A stretch of DNA of 62,068 nucleotides, counting the filler, from Collodictyon triciliatum (taxonomy: Eukaryota), in assembly GCA_043381765.1 (NCBI GenBank). It is 7 parts of 7 records of this genome, joined end to end, with 100 filler letters (N's around TTAATTAATTAA, not from the genome) between each part and the next. Parts side by side here need not be neighbours in the genome. Positions count along the whole stretch, not along the records: positions 19,572 to 29,250 come from JBHJMP010002927.1; positions 29,351 to 39,029 come from JBHJMP010002928.1; 5 more parts are not named here. One strand, given 5' to 3'. Shown here in pieces: positions 19,597 through 31,023 of this stretch (positions are counted from its first letter, which is position 1; every line of letters begins with the position of its first letter). Both the position numbers and the translations under genes were made by a program. The notes beneath the pieces were generated by a model, which worked only from the letters and a program-made list of their open reading frames with translations, was not told the origin of the DNA and did no database searches.

Positions 19597-22500
19597 GTTG
19601 AAGACATCCCAGTGTGGATAACTCGGCTTGTCAAGCTCATGGACTTACAAATCGAGCACGGAGGTGCCATCAGCGTAAAGCGGTCTCCACGAGGAATCAC
19701 AGCTCTTCCATGCTGGACAAACCAGAATAAGCTTGATGGGATGAAGAAATCTATTTCTGAATCACTCAAAGGACTGGTATACTCAATCATTCACTCCAAT
19801 TGCAACATCACAACACTCGACTTATCCATGATTGAGGACTACAAGCAATATGAGAGCATCGATATATCCAACAATAAGGTACTTAACACGTTTACGTTAT
19901 CTGGACACTTTCAAGCAGACATATTAAAACACGGTATTTATCATAGCTATCGGCATTACCAGAAGATATCTCAGGACTGACCATTCTCAAGCGATTGAGA
20001 TTATCACACAACCAGGCATGTTTATCTATTATCTATACGAAATCAAACAATTTATCAACGTATCACTATTTTTTTAGGCTTAATCCCAGTACAATTGTAC
20101 CTATCGTCGGCGCATATCAAGTAACTATATATAAATCCAAAAAACACAATAGCTATTCGAACTTCCGGTCGGCATGTCACTACTAGGCAGCCTCAGTTAT
20201 GTAGAGCTTGGAAACAACAAGGTAACAACCATTATCAACGAATATTAGAGAATATGTAAAGAATCCCCAACAACAGCGCTTTCTTACACAACTCTATTTC
20301 AGTTCACCTCGGTTCCCTCGTGCCTCAGCGCACTGACAAGTCTACAAGGCCTTCTACTCCATAGCAACCCGGTATGTTGCGTGCATGAAGAATAGCAGCA
20401 CGTTTTTTTTTCTCATGAGATGTTATATATAAACGAGAATATAATTTTTTAATTCTAATATACGTATGATAGATTGAAGACATCCCAGTGTGGATAACTC
20501 ATCTCACAAAACTGAACGACTTACAAATCGAGCACGGAGGCGTTATTAGTGCAAAGCGGTCTCCACGAGGAATCACAGCTCTTCCATGCTGGACAAACCA
20601 GAATAAGCTTGACGGAATGAATTTATCTGTAGCTATGTCTCTTATGAAGTTGCAGTTCGTCAAGGTTCAATCTAATTGTGGCCTGGAAGACCTGTCGCCT
20701 CTCATTAACAGCTGGGTCGAATATGAAGTGTTTGATCTATCGCACAATAAGGTTTTTTCTCTACGTATCTAATTTTTAGCCTTTAATTACTTTTGCATCT
20801 TTTAATCTGAATCACACCCTCATTTACAGATTTACACTATCCCGGAAAACATATCTCTGGTCAAAAGCATGAAAAAGATTGAATTGAGTTTTAATAAAGT
20901 ATGCAATATGTTTGACTTAACTCATGAGCATTTATCCTTATTTGGCATACAAACTCTTATTCCTATGTCGAAGCATTTCAACCTTTTTTGTGTAAATTAT
21001 TATAGTTGACAAGTCTACCCACTTCTTTTTCGAAGCTAACACAGCTAGAGGTTTTGGTTTTGTCTAATAACAAGGTAGTGCTATTCCCGAATTATGAATA
21101 CATTTGACTATTGAAGGAATAAAATCTGACTGGAATATATATAACTGAAATTACTGCAAATGAATTACATGGCTACATTATAATTAACAACCCATTTTGT
21201 TGTCCTGAACCACTGATCTAAACAGCCAGTTTGATTTGATGAATTTTCTGTTTGAAGATTTTATTATATATTAAAAGATTATTAGCCCTAACATCTTTAT
21301 TTATGTTACCGAAGTTATCCGGACTTCCTAACTGTATATCCAACTTACGTGCTTTATCATCCTTTTTTTTAAACGGAAACGAGGTACTGCAATAATAGTC
21401 GCTCTTAACCCTTGTTTTCACATTTTTACCAATTCGATCAAAAGAAAATGAAATTTCATGGAACAATTTTTAACCCTAGGTAGAAGATATTCCGGTATGG
21501 ATAACTCACCTCACAAAGCTCATCGATTTTCAAATCGAACATGGAGGTGTTATTAGTGCAAAGAGGTCTCCGCGAGGAATCACGGCTTTGCCATGTTGGA
21601 TAAATCCTAAGAAATTTGATGGAATGAATAAGCCAATTTCAGAGTCACTCAAAGGACTGGTATACTCGATCATTCACTCCAATCGCAACATCACAACAAT
21701 CGACTCATCTATGATTGAGGACTACAAACAGTATGAGAGTATCGATATTTCAACCAATAAGGTGATTAACTATATTCTTTTTTTAAGTAAAAAGAAAAAT
21801 AACTTTAAGCATCAAGCACTGAACAAACTATAATAAATGACTAATGATCAAAAATGTGGTTTCTTTAGCTGTCCCAAATTCCTGAAGATTTTAAAAGACT
21901 TGCCATTCTAGAACGATTGATTCTCTCAAACAATGAGGTTTTTTTTTTATTGCTGGTCACTTCTGACTATCTTATATATTATAATTGCCAAAGTCTATTG
22001 CTTACCGATATAAAATATCAGCTCCATGAACTTCCTTCGGGTATATCTCTGCTGACAAACCTGTTACATATCAACCTTGATAGCAACAAGGTAATGATAC
22101 TGAGTAGTGGATTTATTAAACGAACGAATGAGCTTTTTTTTTTTTATTATTAAAAATAAAAAAAGAAAACAATTAATACGTCATTCTTAAAGAAATCCTT
22201 TCAAATTAGTTTACCTCTGTTCCAATGTGCCTGGGGACACTAACGAATCTTCACAAGCTTTCACTTCATAATAACACGGTACTACCTGATTTAAGTCACA
22301 TGCTGCGTGTATAAATATAATGGCTTGTGTGGTTGGGAATCGATGTGTCCTCATATTCCTCCTGACCTTTTAGATTGAAGACATCCCAGTGTGGATAACT
22401 CGCCTTGTCAAGCTCATCGACTTACAAATCGAGCACGGAGGCGCCATCAGCGTAAAGCGGTCTCCACGAGGAATCACAGCTCTCCCATGCTGGACAAACC

Positions 22501-25500
22501 AGAATAAGCTTGATGGGATGACTTTGTCTGTCTCAGAGTCACTCAAAGGACTGGTATACTCAATCATTCAATCCAACCGCAACATCACAACAATCGACTT
22601 ATCCATGATTGAGGACTACAAGCAATATGAGAGCATCGATATATCCACCAACCAGGTCATTTGAATTCATTTCCATTTATAAAAAAGAAAAATTCCCAAT
22701 ATTCGTTAATCTATTTCATTAGTAATTGATTGTAACTAACCCCTCTTTAAAAAATAAAATAAACAGATATCTGCATTACCATCAAACATATCAAGCTTGA
22801 CGAACCTCACATATCTCAGCATCAGCAACAACAAGGTAGATAAATATTGGAATACATATGCAGGTAATAGGATGCGTCGCACATCATAGATTATAGTGGA
22901 CTCACAAACGCATACACACTTCAGCTCGACACCTTTCCTGCAGCCATCTGCACGTTAACACTCATTGTATCACTTGATATATCCACCAACCAGGTCATTT
23001 AAAGCTCTTTTGTTTAATTTTACTCTATGAAAAAAAAATACAACAAAATTCCTGATGCATAATTATACTCAACGGGTGCTAACACATAAAAAATTGTAAA
23101 TATTAATCAATCTAGATATCTGGTCTACCTCAAGAAGTTTCAACGCTGACAAATCTGACCAAACTTAACATTAGTGGCAATGAGGTTAAAGATAGAAACT
23201 AAAGGAGAGTCAATTTACATGATAAATCAGGGATATTTACTTATAAAAATCATAGTTTAAGTTTGTGCCTGAGGTTATTTGTCGGTTTAAGGGATTGAAG
23301 GCTCTTAACCTCTCAAACAACCAGGTTTTTTTTATTCATGTCACTCACCTGATAACTATTAACACGTTTGATTGATTAATTTCAAAGACTACGCCATTAA
23401 AGCGATATGATTTATCGCCGATTGAACTATTATCTACTTATTACTTATGATTATGGGCGCATGTGCTTCATGACTTTTTGTGTCAGATTACTTATTATTC
23501 AGAATGGTTCGAGTGCATGACTTCTCTGGAAGAGTTAGGAATGTCTGGGTGCCGGGTTGGTTTTTTTCTTCCTTTTAATTTGTGTGAGATGATGGATATT
23601 TTGGCTTTGGTTCGCTAGATGCCGGGTGAGTTATATTTTCAGGGTCAATATCTTTGAATGGAAATTAAAATCAAATTATATTGCTAAAATGACAACCCGA
23701 CAAATAGTTTACCAGTGTACCATACGTTATCGCCAAGCTGGAATGTCTCCAGCGTCTGGATATGTCAAACAATCAGGTTCTTATTTGTCTTTTTTTTTTT
23801 TAAAAAAAAAAAAGAAAACTAAATATTTCAATCTGGCGATTCAATTTATCCAATCAAAATTTTATTGTCGTATAGATAGAGAAACTGCCATTATTTCTGG
23901 GAGCAATCAAAGGCCTCAGAAGTGGACTGATAATAGTTGGAAATCCAACCAAAAATATACCCGAAAACATTATTCAACAGAGCTCTGAAGCAGTCCACGA
24001 TTATTTAGCCGCCTCGATAGATGGCACATCGAAATGGTCTAAAGGAAGACTACTGTTGCTTGGGGAGGGTGAGACAGGAAAAACAACCCTTACAAAGTCT
24101 CTTAGACAATCATCTTCTCAATTTCAGTCAACAATTGACGAAAAACGACAAAGAACTGATGGTATTGAACAAGTTGAGCTTAACGTCCATGACCTTGAAC
24201 TTCATGAAAGAGAAGCTCCAATCTCTGTTCAGGTTTGGGACTTCGGTGGTCAGGAGGAATTTCAAGTAACACATCCATTCTTCTTATCATTCGGTGCGCT
24301 TGTTCTGATTCTCTACAGACTCGACCGAGGAAAGGACAAGAACAACCTCAGAAGATGGCTAAAAATGCTGGATGATTTTGCTCCTGGATCCAAGATTATA
24401 CTTATCGGAACCCATCTCGATGAAGAAGTAATCAAATGTAGGCAAGAGATGGAGAAGGAAATTAAGGACATAAAAGAAAGGCATGTTCGTCACACATTCA
24501 TCGAAACAGACCTCATGGTGAGCAACAAGGATGGAACAAGTATTCTTGAATTGAAAAAAACCATTTATCAAGGGATGATGCAACTAGACATTCTGAATAA
24601 GGAAGTTCCAAAAGTATATATTGGGTTGAAAGATTACATAGAGTCTAAATCACACCGTATGAAATATGAAAACATCACCGATATATACCATTATGCTGAA
24701 AAGCAACTAAAAATAGATCAGAACCAATGCGAAAGCGCCCTTCAATTTTTACACGACCTCGGATCGATTGTGTGGTACTCTTCACTGAAAAACTCCAAGG
24801 GCGTCGTATTCTTAGACCCCGTTTTTCTCATCAATATTTTCCGTTGTGTCTTTAGTTTCAAAGGCATTGGAAAGAATACGAACGGGATAGTCATTATTGA
24901 AAAGTTGAAAAATAAAATAACATCAGAACTTCAAACCAAATTGGATGATGCGTTTTTAGGCACAATAATTGATATTTTTGATCACTTTGGCCTAGGGATA
25001 CAATACAACAAAGAGTGTATTGTGTTTCCTTCACTTATGGAGAAATGCAAAAATGTTACTGTGCTTTGGAGTGAAAATGCAGAGCCTCATTGCACATCTG
25101 AAAATCATGTCGAAATGAAAGCCGATAGTGAAATTCAGCTTTCAGATAAAAGCAGTGTAATCACACAAGCCCTTCGCCTCACAAAAGGAGCACCCATGGA
25201 TGTTCAATACGAGGATGTCTTTTTTAAGGATGCTGCTCTCATACATGTTCGAGCATCGCCAAACCAAAGGCCGAGTGAATTTCAATTGTCTCACGGTGAA
25301 GATTTTATTGTTTTTATACGCATGTATAGTAATGTCATTTCTGTTAAAATCAGGAAGTATGTTACTCGCTCTCATGACATCGATGAATCTGTATCTACTT
25401 TCGATCTACTTGATTTCTTTATTCAAAAGATATCGTCTCTCAGAGCTAACTTCATTCGCTCATGTGTATTTGAATGTCCAATATGTCGAGTGGAAGGACT

Positions 25501-28390
25501 GGTAAGTCGTGTAGAAACCCAAACGAAGCTGAATGAATCAGATAATGTGAAATGTGAAAAAGGGCATCTGCCTTGCCCAGACGCCATTAGACGGGGACGC
25601 GTCTTTATGGAGCAAGGTAGGGTCTCTAATTGAGCATTTAACATCCATGTCATCGTAAAATATCTTTTCTTGATTTATTTTTTCTCATATTTTGATCATA
25701 TGAAGGATCTGAACAATAAATCCAATAATTAAGGTTCATCAAAATATAGGTTATGAATTACCTAATAAGAAGAAAAAACCCCCAAGAGAAAAAAATGAGA
25801 GTAGAGTTGAAATCATCTCCATTGACCGTGAGCTGAATCATATATGGATTGAATGTCAGATTGAATTACTCGAACACATCGGACAAGGGTCTTTTGGACG
25901 TGTATATTTAGCAAAATATGCTAAAAAGAGAGCCGTTGTTAAGATACAAACCGTCGCTGAGAATGAAAAATACGATTTGAATGAAGTTGTTCAATCTCTT
26001 ATTTACGAAAGCCATTATCTGTATGAATGCCGAGAATGTAAGCATATAGCGAGGTTATTTGGTGTTTACCGTAAGGACGATGAATTCTACATGATTATGG
26101 AAAATGCGGGCATTTCACTGAAAAACTTGTTGGAAAGACAGAACATATGGCTTCACGTTGATCAAATCGCAAGCTACTCAAAACAAATATGCCAGGGACT
26201 AATTTTCATGCATTCAAAGAACCTATATCACGAGGATTTGAAGGCGGATAATGTTGCTGTTATCGATGAAGTTGTAAAAATAATTGATTTTGGCATTGTC
26301 AGTCGCCGCAGTCCACAAAAAGTCGGTTCCAGCCTACCCTCTCGATTCGGTGAAGATAAGCACTATGGAACATGTAACTGGCAAGCACCAGAAATTCATG
26401 ATGTCGTATCTAAATCACTGTTAGAAGAGCATGATGATGAAAACGTTGGTCATCGTGGAGAATCGAGCAATGTCTATGCATTGGGGATGCTTATTTGGTT
26501 CATGTTTTCGGGTATGGAACCATTCAAAAATGAGCTGGAATCTCAAAATTTGACCATCAAAGGGTCACGACCCGTGATACCAGAAACGGTCCCACCTGAG
26601 TTCAAACACTTAATCAAAGTCTGCTGGAAACAAAACTACAAACTTCGCCCCAGCCTGAAGCGCGTTTCAAAATACTTAGACTTAATATCGACGAGCGAAA
26701 CAGATGCTCCTGTAAAAATGATGGATTTGCTTCCTTCGAAGTATTCATATCTATTGGATATGTACCTTGGTGAGTTTGTTGAGTGGCTTACGGACCACAG
26801 ATTTTCAGATTTGGCGGATAAGGTGTTCAGGCAGAATTGGGGAGAAATACGTAGTGTTGGTGAAAAATTTAAAAGAATTCACCATGAAACATTGATAGCA
26901 GCATACCACTTGAGTCCGGGTGATGTGAGTTCATTTCTAAAATTATCAGAGGAATATGGTTACGAAAACAGCTCCAGTCGGGAAAGAAAGGAAGTCAAAA
27001 AATTTACCCATTCTCAATTAATAGAACATATTAAGCTGAAATCTGACGAAAGTTCAAACAGATTGCTGGAGAAAGTTAAAACTTTAAGACTCAATGGTGA
27101 CATTATATCCAAACTCGACCAAAAATCTGTATGTGATAAACATTCTGTTTCAAAACAAGAAATACTCTTTTTTGTTCAAGTATTCAATGAAAAAATCAAA
27201 CGAGAGGAACAGACGAGACCCCTCTATTCCGTGCGAGCGAGTATTCAATATTTACCTATGGATTGTGAAATAAGTCTAGCAACTTCCCTGTGTATCACTA
27301 AAATGAAAGAATTTGAAAGGATTCCCGAGTCTATAAAGACTCTGACCCAACTGAAGCATCTCTCTTTGCACTCGAACAAGGTGATAGATTCAAATTAATG
27401 AATTCTGAATTACTTTCTGCCTTTTTAACGATGAAATATTATGCTTAATTTTTCTAGCTGGTGTCTTTTCCAGAACAATGCCTCGCCTTGACAAATTTAG
27501 AGTTCCTGGATTTATCTGATAACAAGGTTTTTAATAGACTAATCGGAATAAACATAATTGAGAACCAGGCTCCAGCTTGTCTGTCAGTATGTCATATATT
27601 AATAATAGTTAAATAAAACAATCTTACTAGATATCTTTCCTGCCTCCTGAGATATCTGTGTTAGCTAGCCTCACTCACCTGATGATTTATGGAAACTCGG
27701 TTTGTTTTCGATGCTATATCATTTTACAAATTTTATTTTATTTTAGTTTAGTTTATTTAACTATTTATTTAATCCGATAGCCGATTTATTTCATTTTATT
27801 TTGTTTATTTTTTATTTAATCTAATTGTCCATTTTTAGATATATGAAATACCCAGAGAAATATCTACACTTTCGAATTTAAGAGAACTTGACATGTTCAA
27901 CCTGCTGGAGGAGACCAGTATAAAAAGAATTCCACAAGGAATCACGAATCTCCCCTGCTGGATGCAACTTGCCACGACGATGCATAAAGGAATGACACTA
28001 TATGACCATGTACCATTTTTATAAATAGACAAATGCATGGTTGTCATTTCAAATGCATATATTGATTCATAACTGTCTTTATTTTATCTCGATTCGCTAT
28101 AGGTCGAGCCCCTTCAATCATACTCGTCCTCGATGACAGATGACCAGCAGAGCTCATCTTCATTCGACCACTTTTCGAAACCAGTAAAAGATATGGACAG
28201 CACTGAACTTTGCTCGTATCTGGAAAAAACTAAAGTCCTTGATGATTTTGCAACTATTATGCGAAGTATTAAAGCCACTGGGAAACAATTCTTGGAGTTG
28301 ACGGAAAAAGACTTAGTTTCCTTTCCATTTCAGTTAAAGGAAATTCAATCTAAGCTAATTATGAGTTTGATTGAGAAGGCCAAACGATGA
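19597..28390 (+). CDS. Roco protein: LRR array-Roc GTPase-COR-TKL-type kinase-SAM-like-LRR-SAM; 5' partial; 25 exons reconstructed
   Basis: 17 exons of 69 nt each encoding one LRR; four 279-282-nt exons; Roc GEGETGKTT, RTDGI, VWDFGGQEEF, IGTHLD; COR ALQFLHDLG, VFLDP, CPIC..CEKGH; kinase GQGSFGRV, VVK, HEDLKADN, DFG, GTCNWQAPE; C-terminal SAM-like VKDMDSTELCSYL...TGKQFLELTEKDL. Confidence 0.93.
23558..23619 (-). mobile_element. Antisense truncated LINE 3' end inserted at a Roco LRR splice donor, 8-bp TSD TGCCGGGT
   Basis: Reverse complement TCTAGCGAACCAAAGCCAAAATATCCATCATCTCACACAAATTAAAAGGAAGAAAAAAA aligns with 28971-29028; TSD at 23550-23557 and 23620-23627. Confidence 0.85.
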
Positions 28391-28481
28391 TAAATTCATC
28401 TGTTTCCTCCACTTTGATTTCTCGACCATAAGACCAAGCTTTCCATCAGCCTCTTTTACCTCGTGATTTCTCTGATAATTA

Positions 28482-29030
28482 GTTCTGGAAAAGAATAAAA
28501 CAAAACATTTCACCATTTCTTGAATGTAAAGTTGAGTATATAAAACTCCTATCTTTAGTCCTAGTGCGGCAAATGATTTTCTCGAGAGAAACTACATCAA
28601 ATCTGCATCCAAATGCAAAAACATTCTGGGCAGTGACGCGAGGCCATTTGCTATGGACTGTGTGGATAGCGCGCATATACTCACACAAAGCAAGACTCAA
28701 CAACCAGCCACCCATTCCTGATAATAGGCTGAATGACATCATACAAATCCCTTCTCTCAACAGCTTCCTTCGCCACCTGCACGTTCTCTACTACTCAGAC
28801 TCTGTGAGAAGAGACATGTGGAAAGAGACTGAGAAAGAGATTCAACCTCGCCTTGTATCTCTCGTGCAGGCGCAAGACCCAGGCTACAGGCCAAACTGCA
28901 GGATGCAATTCCTGATTACCGACTACTTCTCCGCCACCCAGCCACCAAGTAGCGTCCATGCATACAAAGGCTAGCAACCAAAGCCAACATCTCCACCATC
29001 TTGCACAAAATTGAAAGGAAGACTAAAAAG
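28482..29030 (+). mobile_element. 3' portion of non-LTR retrotransposon (L1/Tx1-like ORF2 C-terminus plus short 3' UTR)
   Basis: ORF FWKRIKQNI...FWAVTRGHLLWTVWIAR (W-x-x-W-x-x-R motif typical of L1-clade ORF2 ends) stops at 28974, followed by the ~50-nt tail found in three other TSD-flanked copies. Confidence 0.72.
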
Positions 29031-29062
29031 ATATCATGTTTCAAACTAAGAGATAAAGTAAA

Positions 29063-29250
29063 GCGGTTCTTTTTTTTTGAACGCTCCTGGTGGCTATGGT
29101 AAAAGATTCATAATCAATTCGATACTTGCAAGAGTCAGGGAATATAAACAAATTGTCGTCGGAGCGGCATCATCAGATATAGCTGTAACTATAAAGCAAG
29201 GTAGAAGAACAACTGGCTCTGTAATTAAGATTCTATTGGATATTTCAACT
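29063..29250 (+). mobile_element. Degenerate Helitron-type PIF1 helicase fragment
   Basis: FFLNAPGGYGKRFIINSILARVR...IVVGAASSDIAVTIKQGRRT resembles the Helitron motif FLDAPGGTGKTFL...VASSGIAA.LL.GGRT with disabling substitutions. Confidence 0.8.
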
Positions 29251-29350
29251 NNNNNNNNNNNNNNNNNNNNNNNNNNNNNNNNNNNNNNNNNNNNTTAATT
29301 AATTAANNNNNNNNNNNNNNNNNNNNNNNNNNNNNNNNNNNNNNNNNNNN

Positions 29351-30693
29351 AGTAAACCAACAGAGACCTCGGTGATGATCTACCAACTACCGCTGGACGT
29401 GTGGCCGCAACTCCTTCGTGAGGAGCTGAAGCCGTTCAGACCGACCCACGTGGAGGTCAAAAAAGGACAAAGGCTTCTTCACAGACACGGCCGTGGTGAA
29501 GCTTTTTTGCCATAAGAACCAGCTCCCTGCAAAGTTTACGGTCATGGGCAAAAAGTGTCCAAAGTGCATCCTCAAAGAGCGTCCGCCAGCCGCGAACAAC
29601 GAACGACAAGTAAAAGCCCCGCAAAAGAATACACCTGCCAAGCAGACAAGCAGCAACGGGTCAAGGAAGCCAAGGCCAGGCAACAATTGAGTCCACAAGA
29701 CTCACAGCAGATACGCGCATACGGCGACAGCGACGACGACATGGAAGGAAATCTCGGTTCCTCTTCAGAATCCTCGCACTCGAGCCCTCCACCGACATTG
29801 GACAAGCCCGCACATCGCAAGACCTAAGAGCAGCGCATCTCCATACCCCGGAATAAATCCCCCCTTAAACTACCCATTCAGACCGACGTGAATATGGTTA
29901 ACATAGGAGGCATCAAGGCAGTCTTCGTTACTTATCCGAAAGGATACTCCAAAGCGAAGGCAAACAAGAACCAGCGCCCACCAAAGATAGTCCGTTTACC
30001 CCGCCCCAGCTCGTCACACTGAGAACCAAGGAGCAAGAGCAAACAGCACAAGTCGAATCCAAGCTTAGAACTCCACACACTAAAGACAGACCGAGCAAGC
30101 AGGAGCATATGTGTCTAAAACCACAAACGCGTATCCATACTCCGGTTAAGCAAAGTCCACTGCCGGCTACGCATGGCTCCGAAACCAGGAGACGGTCAAG
30201 CGCCACTTCCGATAATACCAGGCAAATAACGATGTATCGCTTTTTGTCTGAGTCACCCAGCAAGAAACGCAAGGAAAGTGACCCGTTGTCCCCTCAAAAG
30301 ACTCATCCAGTGTAATGAAATAGGATGTAAATCTTGTCTGAGATAGATGGTTGAACGGACTCGTCGGAATCGATTTGAGAAGTAACTGCCATGTGCGTAC
30401 TTTCATCGACCCGACAACTTTATCCGCTCTTCTGTCAGTCTCGAATACAACCAGAAATCGCGTTGGGGCTGATTCACCTCGGGTAGAATAGTCTGCGTGT
30501 GAGAACAGTTGTCTCCATTCTGTATTGCCTTTTTTTTTTCCCTTCCACCTAAAACACAAAACCTCCATCCGCACAATCGGGGGGTTTTCCACTGTCTTGT
30601 CCACAGCTCATTTTTTGTTCTGGGGGCGAAAAGCGGTTTCCTCAGAGTTATCTTGCCTCAAGAAAAACCGCTTGAAAGTTAAAAAAAAATAAC
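29351..30693 (+). mobile_element. Degenerate interspersed repeat with ORF1/gag-like remnants, conserved ~350-nt noncoding 3' part and A-rich end
   Basis: 30076-30670 aligns with 58655-59250; frameshifted ORF pieces GFFTDTAVVKL...LPAKFTVMG and NMVNIGGIKAVFVTYP; basic S/P-rich tail. Confidence 0.6.
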
Positions 30694-30905
30694 AAAATGC
30701 ACTTGCTAGCGATGGGACACTGTCTGGATGAAGTGGTGAGTATTCACCAACACGCTACCCCCATACACCCACAAGTTTAAATTGCTGAAATACTTCACAC
30801 TTTTTGGCGTGAAAGTTGCATCGGTTCCTTCTGAAGAGGCGCAAACATGCAGATTTTACAACGTAGCTGTGACGAGAGGCTGTTTCTGCGCAAAGAGTGC
30901 AAAAA

Positions 30906-30979
30906 TGGTCCTGCCCGGGCTCGAACCGGGGACCTTGCGCATGTGAGGCGCACGTGATAACCAACTACACCACAGAACC
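30906..30979 (-). tRNA. tRNA-Val(CAC)
   Basis: Reverse complement GGTTCTGTGGTGTAGTTGGTTATCACG-TGCGC-CTCACAT-GCGCA...CCCGG-TTCGAGC-CCGGG-CAGGACCA followed by TTTTT. Confidence 0.96.
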
Positions 30980-31023
30980 TATCCTTGGAACTTTATAAAA
31001 ATTATAGTAAAATAATATACACG

